In this document: positions 1-14,200 of the stretch, piece by piece
Numbering within the stretch: the stretch's first letter is position 1
Layout: each line of letters begins with the position of its first letter
NCBI GenBank assembly: GCA_040954595.2
Contig: CM082589.2
Location: 7,189,186 to 7,253,185 of the forward strand
DNA: 64,000 nucleotides
Reading direction: 5' to 3'
Origin: Balanoglossus misakiensis
Taxonomy: Eukaryota; Animalia; Hemichordata
Made by a program: the position numbers and the translations under genes
The notes under the pieces: model-generated
Told to the model about the DNA's origin: nothing
The model's input: the letters and a program-made list of their open reading frames with translations, nothing else
Databases searched by the model: none

Positions 1-357
1 ATTTTGTCCGATATAAATCTTCAAAGACTAAGGGAGTCCGATTGTGCATTATGTTTACTATACAAGGAATAATATGCTACCAAACAGTTTTGTCTTACAC
101 GATTAGCTTATCAAAGGGTGGTACGCCCTATGTGAGCTATGCAGACGGAATACCAAGGCCCTTAGACTAACCGACCTTTGACAACAAATGAGATATGGAA
201 ATGTGTGCCTCGTGTCGTGTTTGGGCTCTACGCGTACAAATAATCTAATCCGCTGTTGAAGAAATGAGTTAAACTTTGCTGAAACAATATCGGCGACAGC
301 TTCAATAGTTACACGCCTATTTCATCCTTTCTAACTTTGTGCAACATTGCAACACAG

Positions 358-3300
358 GTATCTGGCCAGAGGAGAAGGATGTCGCCATGCTTAAAGGTCA
401 GGAAATACTTCAATAGATTTTACTTCATGCTAGGGAGTCAAAATCAAATTGTAATAATTGCATTGTGGGTATAAAGGTCGACGAACCACTGTAGTCTGCC
501 AGTCTGAGTAAGGGTTTGAAGGAATCACCTTAGAAGTAATTCATGACTTATCTCTTATACTTTACGAAATTCGTTCAAATTGTACACACTTTTTATTTTT
601 TGCTACAGACAATCAGTATGACCTAACATTAGTTTATATTCCGAACAGCAATTTATTAAAATTGACAAATATCCGCCATCTTGAAATTCTGTCGACCGCA
701 TGACTTTTTTCACTCACACAGCTAGCAAAATTTAAATAGTACCTCATTGCATTGAACGAAAATCACTTTGCAGGTAACGAATGTGCGCTACGTTGTTCGG
801 GAGCCATAACCCTGGGAAGTGTCAACAAGATCGAGGCAAAGCTGAAGTCACGTGGGCTTGAATATGGCATGCAACAGTGTCTCCTGTTTGTCAACGAACT
901 CATAGTTGAGCGGGAAAAGGTAAGTGAGCTTTCCTGTGTTCAACAACCCTGGGGCAGTCCCCAAACGACTGTAGATTGTGCACATTGGTTAAATTCATGT
1001 ACTGATGTACTGTAAAACTGGTTATTTTCGCGAGCAATAAATTTCCGCGAGAGCCAAAAAATAAACCCGTGAAAATAAAAAGTCGCTTAAAATGTTTTTC
1101 GGAGATGACGATGCAGTTAGTGAAATACGAGAACGCGAAAATTAATCCTCGCGTAACAGTTGCCTCTTTCGATATCGCGAAAATTTCCTGTCGCGAAAAT
1201 AACCCGTTTTACAGTACATGTAGTATTATTAATGTAGAAATTTAGTCCGCTGTATGTCAATTAACACTTTTGTATCACATGCTCCCATGGTTGTCATAAT
1301 CATTGTACTGTATTTGTCCAAGTGCAGCCGTAATGTCCGCATTAATTGTTGTATTTGTTTTCGGTTTTCATCACGAAGGATATGGAGAAAGTTTTGATCA
1401 AAATATGCTGTGATGGTAGGATAGTCACTATTCGATCGGGAGATGATGACAACATAAAAGTCTTATACATCAGTCTGAATGAGAAGAGACAACCGTTCCT
1501 GGTGGAGGACGCCGAAGAGAAGTTAGAAGAAATTGGACGCAGACACTCAGAACACGTTGCCGGTAATTAAACACATTCCAACCAAATGTGCTGTATTTGA
1601 AAGCTTCTACAGAGAACCTATGAAAGTTTTTATCTCAATTATCGAGTACATGCATTCAAGTTCATTACCTGGGAAACACCAGCAACATCTTCGAACACCA
1701 GCATGGCTCATGGCAATGGATCAAACGGAAAACGGGCGATGTCACTTGCATTGGAGGGACCCAACGTTCTTTTTTGGGTGAATGAAGTAGGAATTTTGAG
1801 AACTTTGAGTTGTATATAGTATGTTTTTTTTTGCGTTCTTGCTGCAGAGATGGAAAGGCTCGACTCTCGTGAGATAGCTGGCGAATACGAAGACAATCAC
1901 TTGAATGGTCCCGGGAGAGTATATGACAATTGGAGCGTTTCCGATGGGAGCAGTTCGCAATCAAGTAAGAAAAAAATAATAGACTATTATTTTTTTTTCT
2001 TAATAGTATGAATATTAGTAATGGCGCCTTAATTTTGTGAATAACTAATTACTGTAAAATCACTACAGTGATATGGTAAACCATCTTGCATCTTATCCGC
2101 GTTTGACCTTACTGTGCTATAACCACCTGTTCTATACATATGCCCATATTTGGAACAAATTGCATATCTAAGTCTGGCCGTGTGGCGAACTTTCTTGCGT
2201 GGTTGGCTGGTACCCTGCCTCGGTGACAAACACCAAAGAGGCAGGTAAACACAAACCGCCATCTTTAGAATTTTGGAATCTGATTGGCTAATAAATGAAC
2301 GTTCTATAACTTCCGGGCTACATTCAATCTGTCGCGTTTCTTGACATTCATTTTTAGTCTTCCCGAATATACATATTTTTAAAAAACCAACAATTTATGA
2401 TGGAAGTGAAGCTAAAATCAATACAACTACTGACACAAATGTTGGCTGGTATGCGCATTAGCCACTTCCGGGAAAGTGTCAAAAAACTAACACTTTTCAA
2501 AATGGCGGTCGGCGTTTATCTGCGTCTATCTTCTTGACGCGTCTTTTTGCCAAGTCACGTGAGACGCAGTGTTCAGCGAAGCTTGCGTGGCTACCCAAGT
2601 GAAAATCTATGACGGCCAGATCTCGTCTTTCCATGATGGTAACTGTGGCGAAATTTTTCAGATTCAGAATCTGATCAGATTCAGAATCTGATCGGAATCT
2701 GCGGCTAACTTTGTGGCAAGGTGACCTCATGTCTATAGAATCATATTGATTATATATCACAGTTTTTGGTGAGAGGAACGAAATTTATAACACAAAATGA
2801 CGGGTACTTTATTCTAACCATTGCCAGGTCGTGTGGATATTTCTTCTGATGAAGGTAATTACAGTGAAGAAGAAGATAAAAACAGTCCCGGTCCCAGCCC
2901 TGGTCCTGGTCCTGGTCCTGGTAATGATGATTCAGGCGACGGGAAAGGGTAAATCCGTTTAACTACACGCGTTTAATTCTGTGATTGCTAGTAAATAACG
3001 CAGATTTATTTTCCGGTATTTGTCGCTATATTGTAAATGTACTGAGAAGCAACATAGTTGAAAGCACACGCTTTAAGTGTATAGTATTATGTCTCATCGC
3101 CATTTCTATTTTGCTACTGTAGTTGCAATTGCGGTTCTGTTGAAGTGCGATATGGTATTAGAGGTAAGTTAGACAAGCCAATTCTAGAAAACGCTGTTAC
3201 ACGCATCTTGATGTTAGCAGATGTAAACCCTATTCGATTTTATTGAATTCAGTTTATCTAATGATGATTTGATTTGTCGATGACTGTAATTACGAGTCGA

Positions 3301-4153
3301 AAGGAAAATTGCTACGTCACGGGTGAATAATTGAAATTAGAGTGGCTGAGTATACATTGTAGTTGTGTATGCTGTTGGTCCTATGGTCTATTAGCAATCT
3401 GCAATAACTTTCACTTTACAGTTTGGAGATGTGCAAGATTGACTGGCGACTGCGTTCAAAGGTTGATTGACGCGGAAGAACAAGGAGACGAAAAAGAAAA
3501 ACTTACTCGCAGAGAACGGACGTGCCTGGAGTATTGTAGGCACATGGTGGGGGAACGGGTGAGGATGGCCGACGGTCGGGTAAGATTCCTGATATTCAAT
3601 CGAATGATGGAAATAATGCTTTCTTGGCATGTAGCACGAGCTAGTGGATGAGTGCAGTGTTTTTTTCCAATGAATTGTGTTGATAAATGTACATTATATC
3701 CTATTATGACTATAGTGAGATATACTTGAGTTATTTGGCGGGTCCGATATGTGATGTGCTGTATTGTTTTGTTTGTGGCGGTGCAACCGACCATGTAAAC
3801 GTGATAAACGTGACCCGTACCTTTTGGCATATGCACAGTTATGATTCCAACTATTCAGCAGTGGATAGATGTTAGCATTATTCTGCTTACAGGGGCTGAT
3901 CAATGTGGAAATACTCGTGAAAACTGCGGGTAGACGCTGGATGCTGATTGCAGGGCCGGGCACGAACAAGTACAAAGTAACATGGCGGAGGGACAGACAG
4001 CTAGCCTACCATGAAAACACTGCGAAGACGTTCAACCAGGCAGTCTTCGGAGCCGGCAAGTTTTTTGCTCCCATCTATCTGCACAAAGGAAGGAACAAAC
4101 GCGGTGCCAACCCTCGATTACGGGCAAAACATTCACAAACAGAGGGGTTTTGA
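358..4153 (+). CDS. Gene A (5'-truncated by window edge): uncharacterised repeat-module protein, two modules visible; closest paralog of gene B
   Basis: Phase-consistent AG/GT exons 358-396, 774-919 (GAITLGSVNKIEAKLK..QQCLLFVNELI), 1379-1562 (VLIKICCDGRIVTI..SLNEKRQP), 1848-1964, 2828-2948, 3123-3163, 3422-3579 (ERTCLEYCRHMV), 3893-4153 (INVEILV..GPGTNKYKV..stop). Exon 774-919 has the same 146-nt length as, and clear similarity to, gene B exon 11287-11432. Confidence 0.8.
1008..1216. mobile_element. ~210-bp TA-flanked MITE (non-autonomous DNA transposon) in a gene A intron
   Basis: Terminal inverted repeats TACTGTAAAACTGGTTATTTTCGCGA ... TCGCGAAAATAACCCGTTTTACAGTA; no coding capacity. Confidence 0.7.
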
Positions 4154-5040
4154 AGTGCCCTTTGAAATGCTTATCAAGCACAACTTAGTGTATTCGTTGT
4201 TTTCCTCTTAAAGCTTATAAACATTTTAACTTGCAGCTTAACTGTTACGTATAGGGATAGTTTAACACATCAGCTATGCGCAAGTCGAGTTATAACTATT
4301 GTATCCTCAAAGTATATGCACTGTAATCCCCCAGTAATCAAGGCGGTGTAAAGTGATCTTTAACCCCTCGTCGATTTTTTGAAAAGAAAAACAGTTCTAC
4401 GAATCCTTGAGTGTCGAAAAGAAGATTATGTATAATTATATCATGTAATTCTTGTAAAAGTATTCTCTGGCGTTTTCAAATTTACAAAGCGTTTAATACC
4501 ATACTGATTATGTTTTTACGTGTAATATCTTTCTGTAATGTGCCCATTACTATAGTGTTTATCATTTGGTATTTTCTGCGTGTAGTATACGAAAATACAC
4601 TTATTCCAGCCCACGCAGTTAGTGTATGGAAACTCAACAAGCTAAAGGGCTCCTGTGATGAAATGTTTCAAAACACAGTTCACCGGGTTGAGCTAACCCA
4701 GTAAACTCTGCTCAGAAGGAGTGTTTTCAATGAGACAAGAAGTCAAGCGCGGATCATTCCATTGTTGTGTGGCGTGTTCAGAATTCGTGTTTGATATTAC
4801 AACGACAGGTCGATGTTAATTATTTACTATAAGGTGGATCAAAGAATACATTCAATTTGGACTATCATTATCGTACACGATTAAGAACATATTTGACATC
4901 AGCTGCAGATAGAGCTCAAATGAGCTGGAATGAATTCGTGATATTTTTGTGACATTATATGCATTAAAATTTATCTTGATTCAATACCAGGACTGCATTA
5001 TGTTACTGTATGTGTGCATGTGTGTACCTGTGTTTACCTT

Positions 5041-5692
5041 TGTTAGGGCACGCTGGCCGTTCAGTTCCGAAACAGGGCAGTGAGCAAATAGACTTACTGA
5101 ATGGCTCGCTTTGGTGAACCAACCAGCGCAGCACGCAACAAAGACGGTCAACAATAGGCACACCACAAGTTATTTCCTTGCTTATGGAAACTTTTTAATT
5201 ATTACAAATAAACATGGGTAAATATAAAATGGTTATACACTGAAAAAACACACAAAAATAAGTGGCTACCTTAAATGTGACCAGGTGTGGGAAATGAAAG
5301 ACTAAAGTCCAAGGCTCCGTAGCGCACGACGAACGCGACCAGCACCGTGGCAGTCCCAACAGCGACGTTCAGTCCGAGTAGCGTCCTGGCACAATTCCCC
5401 GGTAGACGGCACGCTTTCGGACGAATTCCTCATGGTAGCACGGCTTTTGGGCGCGGTTTCCAGACCAGTGCAACAGGAAATACGGCACAGCTTCCAAGCC
5501 GGCGAGGAACGGAACGGCTCATACACACGGGCAAGTCCAAATTATAGCAGCTACGCCGCAACACAACGTGCGGGCTTTTTATAGGGGGAAAATAATGAAT
5601 GCACCACACCTGGTCACGCAAATATTCAAATTACGAAAGTAAGCGAAAACACACCTGGTCACAAAACAACAGCAAACCTAACCTACATAACA
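5041..5692 (-). mobile_element. Probable solo LTR (~650 bp)
   Basis: TGTTA...TAACA termini; near-matching 4-bp flanks (cctt/actt); TATAAAA on the minus strand near 5580; GC-richer core; GTGACCAGGTG/CACCTGGTCAC motifs shared with 50382-51299. Confidence 0.5.
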
Positions 5693-6226
5693 ACTTATAA
5701 TGTACAAGTGGAGGGCCTCCGATATGGACAAATCCGCCATATTTCATTCACCCCGCCCCCCTCCCCGCCCCCTCTTTGCTTCGTAAACGTTATGACGAAT
5801 GGAAGATTTCGGACAGCACTTTCAAGGTTAAATGAAACGAAATTTTAATTTTTCAAAATGATGTTCTCTTGATTTAACAGCATAAAGAGGAACTAAACGA
5901 TCAAAATTTGGGGTGAACATTGATCCTTTGATCATTAAGATAAGGCACCGCAAACACACCACTGTGAACGTTATTGCATTATTACCAGGTGTACTCATGG
6001 GAAACGTTGGTATTTGTCTTCTGCATTTCACAGTTGTAACGAAAATTATTCAAGAGTCTGAGTATTCCTCTGGACTGGCCGAAGGGATGAGGAGCCTGTC
6101 AACGTTTGAACGCGGCAAAATTAGTCACTGTTGCATTGTTAATTGAAAACGGTAAAATTAAGCTAACAACTTCCTCTACTTGCAAGGGAGGGAGGGAGAG
6201 AGAAGGGGGAGGGAGTAGACTAGAGG

Positions 6227-6228
<2 letters not shown>

Positions 6229-6265
<37 letters not shown>

Positions 6266-6281
6266 TGTCAGACAGACATAC

Positions 6282-6378
<97 letters not shown>
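6229..6378. repeat. (GA)n microsatellite
   Basis: Long GAGAGA run, interrupted once. Confidence 0.95.
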
Positions 6379-6380
<2 letters not shown>

Positions 6381-6864
6381 TTACCCTTAGCTCTGTACTT
6401 TTAAAGATTTACCAACTACATGTATTTGGTATGCCAACTGTTTTCAAATTGGCGTCTGGTTAATCACCTGTCAATCAAACAAAATTCCACAGGTATTTAA
6501 CCATGAGGTTCCTCTTCAAGCCTGGTCGCTTTAGGTACAACAAAGTGGTTCAGCTATTCTGAGTGTGCTATTACCGTCGTCAGGCGATTTGATGGCGTAG
6601 GTGGAAGGTTCGAGTACCGTTACATACTCGACTTACGACGTCAAACCATTGCTGTACATGCTTAACATTGTAATTCAAACAAACGATGAATTCTTTCATT
6701 TAACGACTGATGTGTATATCATCAAAAGACGGTATCCCCCGTTAACATTCCTGAGCTTCATAAATCTGTTACACCAAACAGTTGACAATCAACAAGAATA
6801 ACGTAAGAATGTGGGGTTCATCGATCGTTGCTATTGGTTACAAAAACACAACACAAGGCCACAT

Positions 6865-7120
6865 TTGACACTTTTCATGAGCTAAGAAAATGTCTAAAAC
6901 TAAAAAAAACACCAAAGTTCGCAAAGTCGAGAATTTCTCATTTTTTGACTATTTTCATGAGCTATAACCGATGAAAAATGTCCAAAATGACAAACTCACC
7001 TGAGTTTGCAAAGTCAAGAATCTGTCATTTTTGACATTTTTCATGGATTATAGGTCATGAAAAATTTCAAAAATGACAAATTATTGATTTGGCGAATTTT
7101 GGTTATTTTGTCATTTTTTT
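6865..7120. repeat. ~60-bp unit AT-rich minisatellite/dispersed repeat (also at ~9120-9360 and ~9750-9920)
   Basis: Recurring TTTTCATGAGCTATAA..AAAATGACAAAATCACCAAAGTTCGCAAAGTCGAGAATTTGTCATTTTT units. Confidence 0.75.
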
Positions 7121-8026
7121 CACAAAACAAGAGAGGTGCTAGAAATGATGCATCGTTAAATCTTGATGTGATCATTTATTGTACGTTAATTGTCTATCAT
7201 AATTACAAGATTTGAAATTTTTGCTTTTTTTTCATTTTTGGATTAACATAGTAGCAAAGGAATACACAACACACGAATACAAATCGTCACACGTCCCGAT
7301 GAATTGAAAAAAATCGCTGAGTATATACAGACGTCTTCTTGTAAAGTCAACGATGTAAATATATCATTGGCAAACGGATAAAATGCTCAAAGTAAAAATG
7401 TAAGGTTTTAGCATAAAGTTCGCCTTGTTGTGCAGAAAGAAAAACACAAGAAGTAAAATACTCGAAGTAAAAATTGAAGTTCTTTGAATCAGGTTCACCT
7501 TGTCGTGTACTAACTGAAACAGTTTATCGAGATTTGATAACCTTCATGATTGGCCAGCTCTGTTTAAGACTCAAATATCACGTGAAAACAGACAATTTAG
7601 CAGGCCATAGACCTTTGAAAATTTATGATAGTATGTTACATCAAGGGATTACAATTGAATAGCATTCTATCTCAAAGGATCGATTTTCTCAGTCCAGAAA
7701 TGTCGTCTCCTCTCGAAAATGTGTGTGGTCAGCATGCCTGGCGATTGTTTGTTAATCATGACAGCCCCCGATTCATTCTCCGTTCAGAGATTGTAGCTAA
7801 CCTAGCTAGGGGGTCTGACTGCCAGCTACTATACTGAAACGTGGTATTCTGACCCCCCCCCCCCGATTATTTCATGCCCCCTTTGTCTTTTCTTATCGTT
7901 GTTTATCTGTTAAGTCATTTTCCCAATCTCACTACGTATTGATAAGTAGATCAGTACTGTATAACAACAACTAATAAGGGTCCATAGATTTCATTCCCAG
8001 CTTTCAAGATTCAGGACTATACTTCT

Positions 8027-11000
8027 TCAATGACACTGCAGGAAAACACCGTCCATCCTTCTCAAAGGCATGTAACAGTGTCCGCATTTCTTGTGTCGGG
8101 TTTTCAGATACACAGGAATGAACTTCTGCGTTGTCTCCAAGACTCCCTGTTTCGTCGTCTTTGCGATGTTTCGGTGATAAGGCCGTTCATCGATACGATT
8201 ATAAAATATTACATATTTGTTTGTACCGGCACCTTTACGAAATCTCCACTTTTTTTCACCACAGTCAACGAGTATTTCCATATTTACGAGGGGCTGTGGA
8301 CAGAACAACGCCAACATTAGACTTGGTTTGCAGTTAGCATCTACAGTAAAAGGCTAATTACCCGAACCGTGTAATACAAAAGAAAAGCGTAGTTTCAATA
8401 ATCTGAACGTTCATGATATGTACATTTAACACTATTTCAGCATGAGCGTATATTTGCACCATCGAAGGCAATCATGGTAGTACGAATTTAAAAAAAAAAA
8501 GATTTCAAATAATACTACGAACAGTATAGTAAAATTTCGAGGCCCACACCCCACTTATTCAAATATTAAAATTAATACCTCGTGATCTTTCATTTTTTCT
8601 CTTTCTTTAATCACGTCAATGCAATACCACAGACACTCTTCTTCGGCTACGGTTAGACGGTCATGTTCTTTTTCCGTTTTAATCAATTTTTTGATGTACT
8701 CGATGTCCAGTTTCCCACTTTTCGGCTCTGATGATTCGAAGTCCTGTTTCTCACGATTACGCTCTGAAAAATGAAATTTGAGCCACCCTTTTAGAAGTTG
8801 GGAAATTGTAATCTATTCTCCGCAAAACGGTGCTTACTGTTTTGTTGTTGTTGTTGTGTCTCTGTAATTATTAAACAAATAAAAAATGTGAATTTCCTTT
8901 AAAAGATATGACACCACCACCACCACCACCACCACCACCACCACCACCACCACCGTCGGACGACGACGACGACAACAACAATCGATACTAATTAATACAG
9001 AATTATAATAATAATATTATTAATAATAACTAATTACCTTCGGACTTTTTTCTTTTATTTTCGTCATGTTTGGTGTCCGTTGGTCTGATACAAAATAAGA
9101 AACATACGTTTAATGTAAAATGACAAAATCATGAAAGTTCTCAGAGTCAAGAATTTGTCATTTTACGACAATTTTCATGAGCTATAACCCGAAGTCAAGT
9201 ATTTGTCAATCATGAGCTATAATCTGAGACATGAAAAACGTCGAAAAATGACAAAATCACCAAAGTTCACAAAGTCGAGAATTTGTCATTTTTGACCATT
9301 TCCATGAGCTATAAACAATGAATAATGTCCAAAAATGACAAAATCACCAAAGTTCGCAAATGCATGTAAACTACTTCAAGTTGTAGACTGTTTACCTTGG
9401 TTCGTTGTTACTATCTGGTTTTGGTGGATTTGGTGGTTTTGGCCCTGGCTCTGATACTGGCCTTTTTCTTTCTCTGGGTGCTGTTTGTATAGAAAAGATA
9501 ATGATAAGACTACTAACACTGGCAGAGAAGAGGTAATTTGACATCATCATATCATGTGGATTTATCATCAGGCTGTTATTATGCATTCTCACCTGGAATC
9601 ACCTGAGTTTCTCCTTTACTCAAAGGTAACCGTTCAACCGTGTTCCCAGTGCCTGGTTCTACTCTTTTCTTGTCTTGTTGCTCTTTGATTTTCGTCATGT
9701 TTGGTGTCCGTTGGTCTGATACAAAATAAGAAACATACGTTTAATGTAAAATGACAAAATCATGAAAGTTCTCTGAGTCAAGAATTTGTCATTTTACGAC
9801 AATTTTCATGAGCTATAACCCGAAGTCAAGTATTTGTCAATCATGAGCTATAATCTGAGACATGAAAAACGTCGAAAAATGACAAAATCACCAAAGTTCA
9901 CAAAGTCGAGAATTTGTCAACAATCCCTTTTGATAAAAAAATACAGTGTATTCTTAAGACCTCTATTGTATACTAAGTGTTACAAGTGTGTAATTGTATT
10001 CCTTGCTCTGCGCGAGATGAAAGTATATTCTATCTGTTTGTTGTCAATGCGGCAAATAATTATAGGGATTGTATTACGTTACACTGCAATACACCACAAT
10101 ACATTTTACCAAATACTATCCCTTAACTGTTAAAACACTTTGGCGTGGAATTCATATGTGACAGGCTACGCGTGCCAGAGAAACGGTTGCCATATTAATC
10201 ATAGATCGACTATCAGTGAATCTTCGTATAAATAATGATTTCAATATGTCAATCATGACGTTCACGACCGTCTATATTTAGATCGAAGAAACCACGCATT
10301 TTGCTGGAGTGGAACTGTCGTGACGCCATTTTAGCAAACATGAACAGAGAGGCAACAATTCACACATCTTGCAAATTTGAAGGTAATATCAGTGAGGTAT
10401 GCAAACGTTGCCGTTGAATCGCCGAATCTGCCAATTCGGGAATGAGTGCAGGTTATACAACGCATGCGCATTCTGTCACTTACTTTCAGGTTTTGCCGAG
10501 TGTATCACTTCTCTTATTCGACCAGATGTGTCTTTCTTCAGCAAATACGGCTTCCTGTTCTGATCAAGATAGATGCAGAACACACATGTGGCACTTTCTT
10601 TAGTTTCAATTTTGACAATCTTTCCATCGCAGTAAATATAAAATTCCGCTCTTTTCAAGTCCTTGTAATGAAAACAGAAAAGATCATATCAATTTATACA
10701 CTCACTATTGAACGTCTTACCTTATAAGCTTACGGTGCAGTACGTACGTACCGAATGACTGAATGACTGAATGAATGGATGAATGGATGAATGGATGAAT
10801 GGATGAATGAATGAATGAATGAATGAATGAATGAATGAATGAATGAACGTACGAACAAGCAAACGAACGAACGAATGAATGAATTCACCTTGGCTTCGCG
10901 GTGGAGTGCGTAATGAATGAATGGATGAATGGATGAATGAATGGATGAATGAATGAATGAATGAATGAATGAATGAATGAAAGAATGAATGAATGAATGA

Positions 11001-11161
11001 ATGAATGAACGTACGAACAAGCAAACGAACGAACGAATGAATGAATTCACCTTGGCTTCGCGGTGGAGTGCGTAATGAATGATTGGATGAATGGATGAAT
11101 GAATGAATGAATGAATGAATGAATGAATGAATGAATGAATGAATGAATGAATAAATGAATA

Positions 11162-11203
<42 letters not shown>

Positions 11204-14200
11204 CCAACCAACCAACCAACCAACCAACCAACCAACCAACCAACCAATTAATCAATCAATCAATGAACGAATTATTGTACTCTTACCTTCCTATGTTTAA
11301 GTATCACAGTGTTTGCAAAAAGGAGGCATTGTGCCATTGCAAAGTCGAAACCCCGCGGCTTCATCTTTGCTTCTATCTTGTTAATACTTTCAACGGTTAT
11401 AGCACCAGAAGACTCGAGACAGCACGTGTTACCTGTAATATATAATGCATGCTTCGAAAATAGTTTGAACTCTCTAATTTTTTCTTGGATCACTATGCAG
11501 ATTTTCAGAATAAGACAGTGAAAAGTAAAATTTAAAATGACATAAAGTCTCTGTGTGTTAAAAGATATCTCGCACATATTGTGAAGAATCAAGTGGCTTA
11601 GAAGGCCGCAATTATTTTTAAGTTTGCAGACCCAATTATCTTGTGATGAACCAGTTGCTGATCATAAAACCCCCCAAAACTTCTAGTAGAAAACACATAA
11701 GGGTTTGCAGTACGTATATTTAATGGTTAACAATAAGGAAACGCTAGTAGCTTGTTAAATGTTATCATAACGATAAGGGTAGTAGTGTTCACACCTTTGA
11801 ATGCAGCTACATCGGTTTTCTGCCTGTTTGTGTGGTAACAAATAATACGTGAAGTTAACAAATAGTTAAGTACTACGAAAGTTATACAATACGTGCATTC
11901 CAAGCATGCATATACATCATAGACACAAATAGATACATAGATACATATATACATAGATACATAGATACATAGATACATGCATACATGCATACATACATAC
12001 ATACATACATACATACATACATACATACATACATACATACATACATACATACATACATACATACATACATACATACATACATACATACATACATACATAC
12101 AATGTACATACAATTAGTTTTTTTACCTTGGAGGGTCTTCCCTTTCTTCTTCACTACAGAAAGAAAAAAAACCTCGTAAGACACGACCTAAACTTAACAA
12201 ATCCTCACCTATGTACACGTTAGGTCATTGCACATTGTATCTTAATCATATTTAAGTCCGACTTACCTATCGTTCGTATCAGTACCATTGCCGCTCGAAC
12301 CGCTGCCGCTCGAATCACTGTCTGCGATTTTGAATAGGAAAAAAACATCCATGCTTATTGATATCCGGGCATTTGGTATTTTGTTCAGGGATAGTCTTGA
12401 TAAACCTATTACCTCATATGCTTTACGTTTAATGGGAAAACTCGGTTTATGCAAAGTAGAACAGTCCTGTTGTCTTGGTAAAACCAAATAAATAGCCCTC
12501 ATAGAAATTACTCATGGCAATATGAATAGAATGACACAAAGGCGCCCAGATCTCATGAAACAGACAAAGGTATCAATTAGTAAATGAGCAAATTAGGACT
12601 GTAAACTTTGACAACACATGCACACTTTGTGTGTTCATTGTGTCTAAACACGGATAATAGTTAAAGCATTTACAAATGCTTCCGTCTCAAACATACCTCC
12701 AGGGGAACGGTCCTGATTTTCCGGGGGTGTCGTGAACTGAAAACTAAAGAAAACAATTAAGAGAGGAGAGGTAATCACACGTTAAGCTATTTTCATTTTT
12801 GTTTATGCTTAACATCATAGAAACACGTATGTATTGTTCAATCATAGGGCCTAACAATGTTGAGTAATAAATAGTCTTAAAATTGAAAAAATAACAATTT
12901 TGAATAAGAGAGAATTGTTATAAATTTAAAATTCAAAATGGTCGCCACTCTCAGTTATCTCAATAAGAGAGAATTGTTTTAAATTTAAAATTCAAAATGG
13001 CCGCCACTCTGTGTTAACTCAAAAAGAGAAAATTGTTTTAAATTTAAAATTCAAAATGGCCGCCACTCTGGGTTAACTACATGGAGATAAATAGAGTCGT
13101 GATTCTTATGGAAAACAAAACGGTGAACAGAATGCTATTTCTTTGTTTTCAAAAAGACTTGAAATTGAAAGGTTTGGAGAACTAACATTTTTCATAGAAT
13201 CTGTCCACGAGGCGTGTATATAGGGAATAGGAAACGGAAACAGACCTGTCTTGGCTGTCCTTTACAATTTCAATAAATTCGTGCACTGGTTTTCCTAAGT
13301 GATTCAAAGTAACAGCTACTTTGTACTTGGCGTCGTCCCCGGCAGGTTTTATTGTTACTTGAATGACATTTCCCTGTATCGTTAATCTCGCGCGTTTCCA
13401 TATCTATTGTAAAAGAAACGACATTTCCGCTCTTAAAGGGACAAAGTCTCTCTCTCTCTCGCTGCCCCTTTTCCCATTAATTATGTTTGATACAAGACAC
13501 CGTTTATGTTATTCTACATGTGGATATATAGTGAATCAACATTCAACCACACACAACTTCCATCCCTCTTGTAGACCTGAGAGTGAAAAACTCGCCAAAA
13601 TGAATAATAGGTGTTTGTCGTTTATTCATTTTGGCGAGATTTTTACTCTCATATCCTACAAACGGGATGGAAGTTGTGTGTGGTCTCACGTTGATTCACT
13701 ATATATCCACATGTAGAATAACAAACGGTGTCTTGTATCAAACATAATTAATGGAAAAATGGCAGCAAGAGAGAGATTTTGTCCCTTTAATTTGTTGTCA
13801 ACTCCAATTTGCACAGATAGGCGCTGACCGTTGCTACATGTTTTCGAAACTTATTTTTTTCGGTTCAGAAGGCATATAGAATTACACGAGACAATGGATG
13901 GATGATCATGCCAATGTCGTTTTGTTCTCTCAAGAAGTTGACGAGTGAAAGAAAGCAGGTAGATGTAAGGTCACGAACTCACCTCTATATATTTCAATTT
14001 TTTGAGAAGCTCGCGACAATACTCCATACAGGCTTTATCTTCTTTGTCCAGCTCATCTTCACCAAGTTCTTTAAGAACGTCTGCAAGTAAGGCGTCGCTT
14101 ATGTACGGCGAGCAAATTCTGTCAATGTCTAATAGAGATAGAATGTTACCTGCATGCGCTGATGGTAAAATGTCAGCTGGTCAGCCAGCGGGCAGTCTGA

